Positions 18,251 through 30,400 of a DNA stretch of 46,990 bases are shown in pieces. The stretch covers positions 87,649 to 134,638 of the forward strand of contig NW_005434585.1 in assembly GCF_000315625.1 (NCBI RefSeq). The letters are read 5' to 3'. Positions within the stretch are counted from its first letter, which is position 1. Every line of letters begins with the position of its first letter. A program made the position numbers and the translations under genes. Source of the DNA: Guillardia theta CCMP2712 (lineage: Eukaryota > Protista > Cryptophyta). The notes below the pieces were generated by a model. The model worked only from the letters and a program-made list of their open reading frames with translations. It had not been told where the DNA came from and did not search any database.

Positions 18251-18752
18251 TTGTTGATTTTTTGTGGTCTGGGGAGATTAAAGCAGGTGAGGATGATGAC
18301 TTTTCGAGAACGATGCGAAAGAAAGTTCTTGCAGTTCTAAGATCAGGGAGTTCTATTTGAGAAGAGGATCAAGGAAAGTTGAAACGAAGATAGCTCCATG
18401 GAGGGGAGATCAAACATGAGGGAGACGATCGAGCAAAGTGGCGACGTTCGAGAGAGATTGAGTTCAGAGGTCAACGAAGGAATGGTAAGTGGGTGGAAGC
18501 AGCGAAGAAATAAATTTTACTTCAAAGATCAAGAGAAATGAACCGGTAAAATGAAGCAGATTGTCATGGGAGGGTCAGAGTGAACGAGAGATAGCAAGTT
18601 TCAGTCAACAGAGAATTCATTTGCGACGAGCGAGTCTTAACGTCATTAAAGATTGAGCTCGTTTCTTCCAAGCGCCTTGAATGTCGTACACGGCGCGGGT
18701 CCAGCAACATGCGCCCCCCCCCCCCCCCCCCCCCTTACTCTCACCTCGTCGG

Positions 18753-20726
18753 TTACGTCGGCTGAGCTGGTCGAGGGAAGGACCCGTAGGAGCTCTGCTG
18801 GGGGGCTGCAGGGATGACGCTCGTGCCTTCGTCCGCATCATCCTCCTCGCCCAAGTGAGCAGTAGTCATCGTCCTCCTGTAGTGCATGAACACAGTGGCG
18901 GTCAGAGCAGAGAAGATGAGCAGCCCGAGGTAGCAGAGCGACGCGCTCCTGTCGAACTGCAGCAGGTAAGAGAGCACGATGGGCACGATGACGTGGGAGG
19001 GGATGGTCGTGACGGCCCAGTAGGCCTGCATCCACGAGACATCCCTTCCCTCTGCTCCAGCCGCGTACACGGATCGAGCGAACACCTCCGAAGCCATGGA
19101 GGAGGCGGGAAAGAGCGCGAAGGCGCAGGTGTAGCAGCCGAGGGCGTACTGCCATGGCGAGAGCTGGCCGAACCAAGGGACGCAGAGGAGCATGCCGAGG
19201 ATGGCGAAGAGGATGCACAGGATCATCAGAGAGCGAGTCGAGAAGTGGCTCTTCATCGGCTGCAGCACCGCCATGCCCACGACCCCAGCTGAGAAGATGC
19301 CCATCATGAAGACAGCCGTCGCGTCGATGGTAAAACCCAGGTAGATCCCAGTGATGGGCGCGACGATGGTCTCGACCGAAGCCAACCAGGTCTGGAAGAG
19401 AAGCTCCATGGCGACGCAGGCGATGATGGGCGTGAGGTGGAGGAGGAAGCGAGGGTTGCTCCTGGGGTTGAAGGAGGAGAGCGGGAGGTTTGGCAGGGGC
19501 AGCTGAAGTTTCTCTCGAGGAAACTCGCTGGGGATGTAACTCCACTCGTGGTAGACGAACGCGAAGGCGAGGGAGCAGATGAGAACCCCGAGGAAGCCGG
19601 GTGCCTGCAGGCCATGGCCGACGATGGCGGTGACGTACTGGGGCATGTACATGCGATGATCGCCGATCTCGTTGGCGATGTCCTGGTCAGTCTTGAGACC
19701 TTTCTGCCCTCCAGCCTCTTCGATCTCTTCCTCTTTGGTGAAGCCTCCCATCCCCAGATCTTTCTGTGTGAGCTTGCCCACCTTGTTCAGCTCCGAAGTC
19801 ATCTTGTGCACATCCTTGCTGAAGTATCTGAACGCTCCTGCCCCAGTCTTGCTCGCGTTCACCACGTTGCTGGTTCCTCTCCGATCCCTCGACCGTCCTT
19901 TCCCGCTGTTCACCGACGGCAAGGCCCGTCGCGCCGGCTCCTCGGAGTCTAGAAGTTTCCTCGCATGACGCGCGGCACCCGCGCCCCCTTCCTCTCTCCG
20001 AACCACCTTCATCAGCGCTGCCTTGGCTGCAGTCTTGGATGCCCCCGGCTGGTCAGGAGGGATCACCAGTCCCCCGAGGGATCCAAAGGAAAGGCGCGAG
20101 TTCACAACGTCCGACACGTTGGGCATGTGCAGCATGTGAACGTACCTGGGCAGAGCATGCTCGATGTGGTTGAAGGGGCCGGGCGCGGGGGTGTGGACGA
20201 AGGTGGCGACTGCCGCCAACCCCGAGCCGAGGATGAAGGCGGCCGAGTACAGCGACTTCATGGCAACCACCGTGTTGTACCGGTCCTCCCTCCTGCAGAT
20301 TCCGCTGGACATGGCGACCAGGGAGCCCTGCACGCCGGCAGCACAGCCCACGAGGAAGCGAGCTGAGAGGATTGCAATGACACTGTGAGCAAGAGCATAG
20401 AAGAGGCTCCCTGTTGCCGCCAGGACGATGGCGAGTAGGCAGAGGTCACGTGCTGAGGTCACGGTGTACAACCAGGAGAAGAGCGGAGCAGTGCAGATGC
20501 TCCCCACGTACGTAGCCGCGATGCAGAACCCGAGCATGGTCGATTCGGCATGGAAGGCTGCAAGGTAGGAGGAGAGGGATGGGAGCACCACCGTCTCAGC
20601 GAAGAACAGCGCAAGAAGGGTCATCATATTCGCTGCTCGTGCCCTTTGGTAGACACTCTCCTCGAAGACGCCATGGCTCTTGGGCTGCAGCGTGTCAGAT
20701 TCAGAGCTGCTGGTATGCGGCTGCAT
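18753..20726 (-). CDS. Major facilitator superfamily transporter, MFSD8/CLN7-like, single exon, 657 aa
   Basis: About 12 hydrophobic segments. N-half LPSLSSYL..LGFCIAA..APLFSW..GSLFYALA..ILSARFLVG, an APGFL helix, and C-half ETIVAPI resemble MFSD8-type proteins. The tail carries an acidic DEGTSVI and YGSF, which look like sorting signals. Confidence 0.85.
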   Translation of the reverse strand: MQPHTSSSESDTLQPKSHGVFEESVYQRARAANMMTLLALFFAETVVLPSLSSYLAAFHAESTMLGFCIAATYVGSICTAPLFSWLYTVTSARDLCLLAIVLAATGSLFYALAHSVIAILSARFLVGCAAGVQGSLVAMSSGICRREDRYNTVVAMKSLYSAAFILGSGLAAVATFVHTPAPGPFNHIEHALPRYVHMLHMPNVSDVVNSRLSFGSLGGLVIPPDQPGASKTAAKAALMKVVRREEGGAGAARHARKLLDSEEPARRALPSVNSGKGRSRDRRGTSNVVNASKTGAGAFRYFSKDVHKMTSELNKVGKLTQKDLGMGGFTKEEEIEEAGGQKGLKTDQDIANEIGDHRMYMPQYVTAIVGHGLQAPGFLGVLICSLAFAFVYHEWSYIPSEFPREKLQLPLPNLPLSSFNPRSNPRFLLHLTPIIACVAMELLFQTWLASVETIVAPITGIYLGFTIDATAVFMMGIFSAGVVGMAVLQPMKSHFSTRSLMILCILFAILGMLLCVPWFGQLSPWQYALGCYTCAFALFPASSMASEVFARSVYAAGAEGRDVSWMQAYWAVTTIPSHVIVPIVLSYLLQFDRSASLCYLGLLIFSALTATVFMHYRRTMTTAHLGEEDDADEGTSVIPAAPQQSSYGSFPRPAQPT

Positions 20727-21334
20727 CGTTGAGGATCGGAAACGAAGAGGAGAACTTTCAGTGTAGGAATCAGGTCCTGCAGTCCTGCATTTTCACCAGC
20801 ACGGATTGTTCAAACAAAGTCCTTCACATCAACAGCAAGATGCTTGCAGGATTCTCCATCGTTGTTCGCATCAAACTACAAAGAGATCATCAGTGGAGTT
20901 CAGACCCCTTCGCCATCCTCTCTATCCCATAAATGATCAAATCGTGTTGCATCTAAATCATTGTTGCTAATGAGACTCTCCCCACCCCTCTCCTCCTTCT
21001 TGTCCTCGTCATTGAGTCAGACATAGCAATCAATAGCTGCTGATACTTTCTCTGCTCCTTCGAATATTCTGTCCTTGGATCCTACAATCTCCACTGAAAA
21101 TCTGGATCTTCTACATCCCGGTACTGAACTGTGCTGTTTGCTATCGACCTTCCCTCTTGTGTTTCTGTCTTTCTCATGCTCTTGGCGTCATTCTTGTCTC
21201 CAGTCGTTGTCGTCTGATGATTCAACACGTCTCCTCATGTTCTCTTCTTCTCTCTCGCCATCTTCCCGCCATCGCCTCCGCATCCTCTTCGTTGATTCGT
21301 ATCCATTTTCGCTCTGCGTCACTCGGTGGACTAT

Positions 21335-21540
21335 TACTACCCCCACCCCACCGAAAACAGTATCAGACACCCCTCCAGTGGATGCTATTTTCCCCACCCC
21401 ACCAACCCCACTTTCACTACCCACCCTAGAAACCCCACCCCCTCTGGGAAAGTGCTAACTGGTGTCATCCAAATGTACAGGACTACACCCCTACCTGTTA
21501 AACAAGGGGGTGGGTTCCCCTAGGACAAGGGGGTGGTTCC
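21335..21540. promoter_or_regulatory. ACCCC/GGGG-rich tract between the divergent MFS and acyl-CoA-synthetase-like genes
   Basis: tactacccccacccc, ccccacccccaccaacccc and ctacacccctacc, then ggggggtggg. Flanked by a pyrimidine tract on the left and a purine tract on the right. Confidence 0.35.
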
Positions 21541-21810
21541 ACGTGCGAATATGCACAGAGAGGAAGGATGAAGAGGGGGGCGGGCAGAGGCGAGCAGAGG
21601 AGGAAGAGACGACAGGAGGATGGAGCAAACGAGCATGAGCAGAGGATGGAAGGGGAGAATGAGACTTGACTGAAGTACAGAGAGAAGAGATGAGGATGTG
21701 GGGGCTGAAATCCTGGCATGAGCAATGCAGAATGAATATAAATTGAATTTGGGGACACAAGTCATGAAATACCCTCTGAGACCTGTTGTGATGGCAGGAA
21801 ACTGTGTGCT

Positions 21811-23517
21811 ATGAATGCTTGTTTGAAATTCCGTCAAGAAGCATTCCTCTGGCTGACAGCTGCAGCGTCGAGAAGCTCAGCAAGCCTTGGGTTGAGCCGC
21901 CCAGGTCCGACTGTTGCGAGGTGAGCGATGATGATGGGAGCGAAGATCGGGCCATGGATGACGTCTGTTGCTCGTCAGATACGTCCAGCAGAAGCAGTTC
22001 CATGCTCCTCCATGGCCTACGATCGCGCATCAACGACGTCTCTGCAGTTCAGGAGCGAAACCAGCGCATGAAGAGGGGGCCGGGGAGAGGAGGTTGAACC
22101 TTGCGAAGAGAGTGCAGGAGTCTGTGTGCAGATCTCTCAGCGTCGAGGGAGGAAACGTCTCTAGAAGGGAGCTGCAGCAGCGAGGATGGAGCCCTCAGCT
22201 GCTGAAACGTCTGTTCAAGAAGAAAGAAGAGATTCCCCTGGGGGAGGTCGAGCAAGGGCTGTCCTTGCTCTGGGCCAGTCATGCGCCCGTGGACTCGTTG
22301 CTGGGCCTGTTCGACAGGACGTGTGAGATACACAAGCATCGCAACGCGTACGGCTACTGGATCGTCGACTCGCTGTATCCCCTGGGAGCCTGGAAGTACG
22401 TCACCTTCAACCAGGTCAGGTACCTGGCGACAGATGTCAGGGACCTGATGTATGAGATGGGAGTGAGGAGGGGAGACCGCGTATCGATCATCTCCAGGAA
22501 CTGCGCGGAGTGGGTTGCGATCTGTGTTGCCGCCTTCTCCCTGAGAGCGACGGTGGTACCGCTGCACGAGTCCCAGCATGAGGAGGACTGGCTGGCAGCG
22601 ATTTCCGACTCTCGGTCCAAGGTTGTGTTTGTCGGGAACGAGGACTTGTATGAGAAGGTGAAGGGGATGAAGGAGAGGAGCAAGACGGACGTGGAGGAGA
22701 TCATCTGCATCGACGGGGTGACAGGCTTCCTGCGGCACAAGGAGTATGCCTTCACTCACCGTCTGAAGAAGATCCGGGATGTAAGGAACAGGGTCTTCTC
22801 GCCCGTGGAGAGATGCGAACCTGATGACGTGGCGTTCCTCCTCTACCAGCATGCGTCTGACGGAGCTCTTCGCCCCCTGCCCCTCTCCCATGCTCAAGTC
22901 GTCTGCTCAGTGCTGGAGCGCAGCCTGTCCTGCTCGTTCTCGCGCTCCGAGGTCTCGATGAGCTTCCTGTCATGGTCAGAGCCTGCTGGACTCGTCCTCG
23001 AGCTGTTCTGCATGATGGAGAGTGGGGGAGCGATTGCTATGAGCGAGGGCAGAACGAAGTTTCGGTACAACTGCCAGGAGGTGAAGCCGTCTGTGATGTT
23101 CACCAGGTATGAGCTGATGAATGTTGAGCTGTGGTGATGGGGGTTGGAGATGTTGATGATTGAGATGATGGAGCTGATAAACACAATAACAAAGATGACA
23201 ATAATGGTTGGTAGATGATGATGGTGATGGTGATGGTGATGGTGATGGTGATGGTGATGGTGATTATGATAACCATTATGATGGTGGTGGTGGTGGTGAT
23301 GATGATGATGATGATGATGATGGTGACGGTGATAGTGCTGCTGCTGCTGCTGCTTCTGGTTTCAACATTAGCAATGACGTCCACGACAGGGGAGATTGTC
23401 TTGAAATCATACATGAATCGGTTATGAGAGATTCGGAAGAGTTGGTCTATAAGTTTACAGTTCCCTGGGCACTGGAAGCCTACGAACGAGAAATGAGGGT
23501 CAGTTACTGCTGCTGCT

Positions 23518-23550
<33 letters not shown>

Positions 23551-23583
23551 GATGATGATGGCGATGATGATGATGATGATGGC

Positions 23584-23614
<31 letters not shown>

Positions 23615-25008
23615 GTGATGATGATAACTCTGTTTATAGTTCTACTATCTCTCCTTCCTCTTCCTCTCTTGACTCTTGCTTTTGCAGGGGACTCCAAACT
23701 TTGTTCATCGCATCTACCAGCGCCTCCTACAGAGATTTGTCTGCAGACCTCTCAGGAAACTTCTAGGGAAGAAGCTCACGAGAATTTACTGTGTGGGAGA
23801 TATCAGTTCAAGGTGATCGTGATTGTTTTTACGATTGATTGTGGTGATGAGATGTTGATGGTGGTGATGGGGGAGAAGGAGGAGGTGGAGGAAGAAATGA
23901 TGACGACGATAATGATGTGAACAATGATATGAGATCATTCAAACCATGATGGTGCAGATGGTGTTAACGTCTTAAAGACGTCTGGGGTCTGACTAGTTCC
24001 TCGTGCTGTAGGTCAAAGATCATGATGGAGGCGCTGGGAGTTCAGATCGTGATCGTTAAGTCCTCTACCGTGCTCCCCATCCCCTTCCTGGCCAAGTCTC
24101 TTCCTCAAGTTGACGTCTTCCACCCGCTCGCTGGCGTCGAGGTCAGCTCCCCTCCTCTGCTTCCTCTGTCTCTCTCTTCTGTCACTTATACGGATCCTTG
24201 TCTCAGCTGGTTCGGCCTCCTCCCCGCCCCCCTCCCCCCCTCTCCCTCCTCTCCTCTTCATCTCCTCCCTCCGTCCTTTCCCTCCTCTCTTCTTCCTCCA
24301 TCCCCCTCCTAACGTGAGAACCATCAGTTATCTGCGGAGGAGGACGCGGATCAAGTAGCTCCTCGCATCTCCATCTCCACCGCCTTGGGTACCTTCCTCT
24401 CCTCCTCCCTGTGCCTGCATGACGAGGGAGCAGCANNNNNNNNNNNNNNNNNNNNNNNNNNNNNNNNNNNNNNNNNNNNNNNNNNNNNNNNNNNNNNNNN
24501 NNNNNNNNNNNNNNNNNNNNNNNNNNNNNNNNNNNAGTGCTCCTGCTCTCCTCTCCTCTCCTCTCCTCTCCTCTCCTCTCCTCTCCTCTCCTCTCCTCTC
24601 CTCTCCTCTCCTCTCCTCTCCTCTCCTCTCCTCTCCTCTCCTCTCCTCTCCTCTCCTCTCCTCTCCTCTCCTCTCCTCTCCTCTCCTCTCCTCTCCTCTC
24701 CTCTCCTCTCCTCTCCTCTCCTCTCCTCCTGATATCTTGTCACAGCTCCTGTCCGATCATGCGGTCAGATTGCTCGGGAACGTAGACAGTGAGTTCTCCC
24801 TCAAGGGAGGTCCGGCGGTCAACCCTGAGCATGTGAGATTACAAGCTCTCGTCTCGCTAGCGCTGATGACGTCATGCCGTCAGATCGAATCTCATCTCAA
24901 GTCCAAGGATCTCATCAGACATGCTTTCGTTTACGGAGAAGACCAGGTCTGTTCGCATTGCTCCATCTCCTGCTCCATCTCCTGCTCCTGCTCCTGCTCC
25001 TGCTCCAT

Positions 25009-25043
<35 letters not shown>

Positions 25044-25996
25044 TCTCGTGCTCGTGCTCGTGCTCCTCCTTCTCCTCCTTCTCCTGCCCGTCTCACTGCA
25101 TGTGTCAGGAATTTTGTGTCGCCCTTATTGTCCCAGAGTTCGTCCTGCTCCAAGAGACGCTTGCTCATCGGCTGGGGGATGAAAGGTTTCGACCTTCTCC
25201 CCCTCCTCTCCTCGCTGACATGCAAGCAGGGAATATTCCTCCTTCCAGCTCATTGCTGGTAACGTCAACATCTCCACATCTCACCCCATACTTGTCTGAG
25301 CTACCTGATGCCCATCTCCGCACCTCTTCTTCAGTTGTAACGTTGTTGACGTCCCGCCGCTGCTTCTCTCTTTTCTCACATCACATCTTTGCTCCTCCCC
25401 TTTGCTCTACCCCGCTGCTCTTGAGCTGACGACATGGCGGCAGATGACTCTCTGAGAGCTCTTGTCACCAAGGAGATCGAGGATTGTCTCGGCAGCTTGC
25501 AGTCGATCGTGAAAGATCAGCGGGCCATCCCCAAGAAGTTTGTCGTCCTTGACAGACCGTTCTCAATCGAGGTACGAAAGTCCTCCCTCCCTCCCTCCCT
25601 NNNNNNNNNNNNNNNNNNNNNNNNNNNNNNNNNNNNNNNNNNNNNNNNNNNNNNNNNNNNNNNNNNNNNNNNNNNNNNNNNNNNNNNNNNNNNNNNNNNN
25701 TTCCCTCCCTCCCTCCCTCCCCTCCTCCCTTCGTCCTACCCCTCCCTCCCTTCCTCTCTCTCTCTCCTCCTCCCTTCCTCTCTCGCTTCATCCTCATCTC
25801 TTTTCCTCTCTCCTTCTCCTTCTCCTGCCCCTCCCTCCCTCCCTTCTCCCCTTGTCAGTCTGCTCGTCTGCTCTAGTCTCTTGGTCCTCCCTCACGTCAA
25901 CACCAGGAGGGCTCACTCACTCCCATGCTGGAGCTGCGAAGGAACAAGATCGTCGAGCTGTACGCTCAGACCATTCAATCTTTGTATCAACAATAA
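21811..25996 (+). CDS. Long-chain acyl-CoA synthetase (AMP-binding, FadD15/ACSL-like) homolog with degenerate catalytic motifs and a putative mitochondrial presequence
   Basis: ORF 21968-23137 contains WKYVTFNQV..MGVRRGDRVSIISRNCAEW..TVVPLH..DSRSKVVFV..SFLSWS..QEVKPSVM. Later exons give GGPAVNPEHIESHL..AFVYGEDQEFCVALIVP..PKKFVVLDRPFSIEEGSLTPMLELRRNKIVELYAQTIQSLY, stop TAA 25994-25996. Start could be 21791 or 21811. Two N gaps fall inside the locus. Confidence 0.8.
23140..23635. repeat. (GAT)n/(GGTGAT)n microsatellites in two introns of the acyl-CoA-synthetase-like gene
   Basis: Runs at about 23215-23330 and 23520-23625 flank a short exon at about 23389-23498. Confidence 0.85.
24436..24535. 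other. Assembly gap (100 N)
   Basis: Run of N, adjacent to a (CTCTC)n array. Confidence 1.
24546..24730. repeat. (CTCTC)n pentamer microsatellite, intronic
   Basis: Perfect pentamer run ending just before an acceptor near 24745. Confidence 0.9.
25601..25700. other. Assembly gap (100 N)
   Basis: Run of N within a (CCCT)n intron. Confidence 1.
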
Positions 25997-26015
25997 ACAG
26001 TCCCTCTCTATGCAG

Positions 26016-26750
26016 TCATGGCTTGTCAAGTCCAACAAGATACAAACTCGTCGTGAGGAGGAGGGGTCCTGCTTCCATTCCGCTGACCATCCTCGTCGTT
26101 CTGTAGAAGCACGTGAGGGGCAGAAGGTCAAATTCGCAGAGGTACCTTTCCATTCCGATCCTCCTCTGACCTCCCTTCCTCTTCCTCTTGCTCCATGTAC
26201 CCTCGGCCTCCTCCGTCTTCCTCCCTTCTGACTTCCTCCTGCGTTCGCCGCTGTACAAATTCCTCCTCCTCCAGCAACCTGAACACCAGCTCAGAGCAAG
26301 AGAGTGAAACTAAAAAGGAAACCTCGCATGCCGTGTCTCCTCCTCCTCCTCCACCACCTCCTCCTCCTCGCCCTGGTTCCTGTCCTTGCCGTCGTCCTCC
26401 TCCACCTCCTCCTCCGAGCTCATGACCCTCCGCACGGCACTGATAGCTTGAGCTTGCACGCGGGAAAGCTCTTGAAGCGCCATCATGGCATCTTGTTCGG
26501 CGGCTCTCACCAGCATGCGCAGCTCTCTGTTCTCCTCCACTATCGCCCTGGCATCGATCTGTGTAGTTACCATGGCGTCTTCTACCTGCGTCCTCAGGCT
26601 TTCTGCCTCCTCCTCCAACCTGCTGACGCGAAAATGTCGACCCCGCAGCTCCTTGGCAGCACGAGAGAGCCTTGCCTCCTCCCTCATCAGAGTCTTGAGC
26701 TCCTCCAGTAGCTCCGACGCCGGCATGCGCTCGTCCTCTCCGCAGATCAT
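26016..26750 (-). CDS. Hypothetical acidic coiled-coil protein, spliced at the 3' end
   Basis: ORF 26310-26750 (ELLEELKTLMREEARLSRAAKEL..RLEEEAESLRTQVE..IVEENRELRMLV) continues after a short intron into LLEEEEFVQRRTQEEVRREE. End approximate. Confidence 0.55.
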
Positions 26751-27062
26751 GAGTGGAGGGAGGGAGGGAGGGGAGGGAGGGGAAGGAGGGAGGGGAAGGA
26801 GGGAGGGGAGGGAGGGGAAGGAGGGAGGGAGGGAGGGAGGGAGAGGAAGGTTAGTTGGTTGTTTTTTTGATTTTGCAGGAGGTTTGAGAGATCCGGGGGA
26901 TGGAACTGGTCAGCGTGGACAAGATGGCAGGAGGGGGGGGAGGAGGGGGAGGGGGGGCCCCCGCCCCACGGGGTTAGATGTAGAAGAAGTCATGGAGCAG
27001 GAGGGAGCTTGACGGGATGGAGGGGCAAGAGGAGAAGACTAGAGGATCATGTAAAGCTTTAT

Positions 27063-27251
27063 GTCAATGAAGTCACGAGAGCCGAAGATGCCCCACTTAA
27101 ACGGTAGGAAACTTACTGTCCTCGTTCCAGTGTCTGTCATACATCATCACCAAAGTCGTCATCGTCGTCATTCCCATAGTCAACATGATCGTCACTCACC
27201 ACCACCATCATCATCATCATCATCATCATCATCATTATCATCATCGCCATC

Positions 27252-27296
<45 letters not shown>

Positions 27297-27427
27297 GCCA
27301 CACCACCACCACCCCCTCCTCCTTCCTAATCCTCCTCGTTCTCATCCTAATATCCAGCATGATGATGATATTGGTAACGACTATCATCATCGTCATCATC
27401 ACAACCACCCGCAGCTCCTTCTTCGAC

Positions 27428-27472
<45 letters not shown>

Positions 27473-30400
27473 GCCATCACTCACTCTTCGAATCCGTCAA
27501 TTTTGTCAAAGATGTTGTACTCTGCCGACCCGTCAGCCAGTCTTCTCCCATGCTGCTCCTCTCTTACCCCCAGGTCCCATCCCAATCTTCATCTCCTTCA
27601 GGATGTCCCAATTCAAGAATCCAGGCTCCTGATCAGCAAGGTAAGAAGACAGCAGGGAGGTGCGGGAAAGGCAGGAAAGCACTGAAGAGAGAAGTGAAGG
27701 AAGAAAGAAGGAGAGGTTGGGGAAGGCAGGACTGGGAGGGGAAAGGAGGAGGGTGGTGTGGGGAGGGCAACATTACATGCTTGTGCTTGTCGACGAATCT
27801 TTTCCTCCCCTTTGGCGAAAAATTGAGCAACCTGGAGGAAGATTTATCCGTCAGCGCTCAGCTAGCGTACCAGTCCGCGCTCTTACTCCTTCCTTCCCGC
27901 GAGCTCTTTGGGGAGTCCCATCTCCTCGTACCAATCCTCCTCGAACTCTGCAATATCCTGCGGTGCTGGTCAGAGACGAAGGGACTGGAGGTTTGGGGGA
28001 GCGGAGGGGAAAGAGCAGAGAGGTAAGAGGAGCTGGAGGAGAGAGGAGGAGCGGGAGGAGACGAGGGGTGAGGTCGAGAGGAAGAAGCAAGGGGAGGGGT
28101 AGGGTTACCCTCTCTAGTTTTTTAAGAGTCCATTTTCTGTGTTTGGTCTCGTTGTAAGGATCCAGCCTTGTTTGTCAAGTCAGCGATGCGTACAGCCCCT
28201 CCCCTCCCCTCCCCTCCCTCCCCCAGCCTCCCTTCACACTGTCCTCCTCCTCCTCCTCCTCTTACAAGCTCGGCGCTGGCGCATTTTCCCTGCTGCTTTT
28301 GTAATCTCCTCCTCTTCTCTTATCAGCTGCCACCATGTCATTTCAATTCCTCACCACCCTTCCACCGTCCTCCTCCCTTCATTCTCTATCAGCCTTTCTC
28401 CTCTTTCATTCTCTATCAGCCTTTCTCCTCTTTCATTCTCTATCAGCCTTTCTCCTCTTTCATTCTCTATCAGCCTTTCTCCTCTTTCATTCTCTATCAG
28501 CCTTTCTCCTCCCTTCATTCTTTATCAGCCTTTCTCCTCTTCAATCCTCCACTCACTGCTCTCACCCTTGTCTTCACCTCTATCTGGCACACATTGCGCC
28601 TTTCTTTCCCTTTCCTCTTCTTTCCCTCCCCCCCTCCCCCTCCTTCGCTTGCTCTCGCCTCTTACTTCCCAGATCGGAGATTTTGGATGCAAGGTAGGAT
28701 CAAACCAGACTCCTCCAAAGATCTGCTCCACTGTCATCGCGCAAGCGACAGGCTCTCAACGAGGTCACATGTTTTGTCTCCGTCTGAATGAACCTGTCTT
28801 GGTGAGTATCCTTGTACTCCCTGATGTACTGCTAGCATCTCAGTGGAGCACTGGGCAAAAACTGTCCTGCATACCTTGAACATGGTCTTGTGCTGCCGCT
28901 CTTTGGCTATCGTGAACACGTCATATCCCCTGCCTACATGTCACCTAAGGCGCTTCCTCGCGTTCCCCTACAGTGCATCCTCGAGAGCGAGATCCGCTCC
29001 GTTCTCGACCAGCAGCTTCACAATCTCCACCTGCCAGCGCACGAGTCAGAGGCTGCGAGGGAGGGACGAGAGGCGAAGGGGAAGGGCGCGAGGCGTAAAG
29101 GAGAACTTTCTTACCATCCCGAGATCTGCAGCCCAGTGAAGGCTCGTCCTCAGTCCCCATCCTCTGCCGTATCAAGACTTGCGATCAGCAAGGTGCTGAG
29201 GAGAGCAGGACAGCCTCGCAGCGAACGAGGTTGTTGAGATGAGGAGATGAGTAGCGGTTTCACCTTCTCTCTAGATCTGCTCCCAGCTCGACCAGTGTCT
29301 TGCACGTGTGATACGCTCCAGAGATGGCTGCGGGGAAGCTGTCAAGGTGGAGGAAGATCGCGGTCGTGACAACCGGCTGCCATCAAGGGTGTCTGCCCAT
29401 CGTCGTCTTGCTCGTCGATGTCTGCCGGACAAGATTCATGCGGGGAAGTAGAGATCACGGAGTTGAGAGACGGAAGAGGAGGGGTCAGGGGTGAGAGTTG
29501 AAGGAGGAGGGGTCAGGGGAGAGAGAGGAAGGAGGAGTGGTCAGGGGGGGAGAGATGAAGGAGGAGGGGTCAGGGGAGAGAGAGGAAGGAGGAGGGGTCA
29601 GGAGGGGAGAGATGAAGGAGGAGGGGTCAGGGGGGAGAGAGGAAGGAGGAGGGGCGAGGGGTGAGAGAGAGGAAGCAGGAGGGGTGAGAGTGAGAGATGA
29701 AAGGGTAGGGGTGAGCGGTGAGTTATGATGACAGCAGGAGAAGATTCAAATCATCGGACGCAGAAAGGTCACGTGGCATCGAAAGACATGACTTGACATG
29801 TTGAAAGACAAGCATACCGGCTCCTAGTTGTACCAGCAGAGCAGGGATGCGACTTTGGAAGGAGGGCCCAAGGGCGCAGTAATGCAACGCTGTTCTTCCA
29901 TACCCTTTGTAAAGGTCATGTCAGATGTCTGGACTTTACATGACGCTGGTATGAGATGTGTTGGAGAGAACAGAACCGACTCGTACCATCCATGGCTTTC
30001 ACATTTGCGCCTCGTTTCACCAACTCAACAACCTGACAACTGAGGTGAGCGTTGCTTGTTGGAAAGATGTACTCTTAACCGTATTCAGATCCCCCATCGC
30101 GCAAGCTATCATCAAGGACTTTGAGGCCACAATCACTTGAGGAACAGCAACGGGGTTGACTCTACCGCATCTGTCTCGTTCATCTCTTGCAAGGACCATA
30201 GACTTCTGTTGAGCATCAACTGCGCAAACCATGAACGACATGTCACTGACACCTGACATTTTACCTCTGTATACGTCATGTCCTATTTGACAGCATCAAC
30301 TCTTCAGTTCAAGTCCAAATAAGAACGAAACATTCACCTTGTCCAGCTTCTTTGCAAGCTTCAATCTCGGCAGCTCGACGGTCATCAGCTCCTGCATCTT

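Noticed and set aside
17833-18360. 175-aa Gly/Ala/Asp/Met-rich ORF
   Set aside because: Non-ATG start and almost entirely compound trinucleotide microsatellite.
27061-28026. 321-aa His/Ser-rich plus-strand ORF (possible metal-binding protein)
   Set aside because: Product of (CAT)n repeats antisense to introns of the ankyrin gene.
28860-29430. Ankyrin pseudogene (apparent stops and frameshifts)
   Set aside because: Within the ANK repeats the disruptions are removed by short GT-AG introns that restore canonical repeats.
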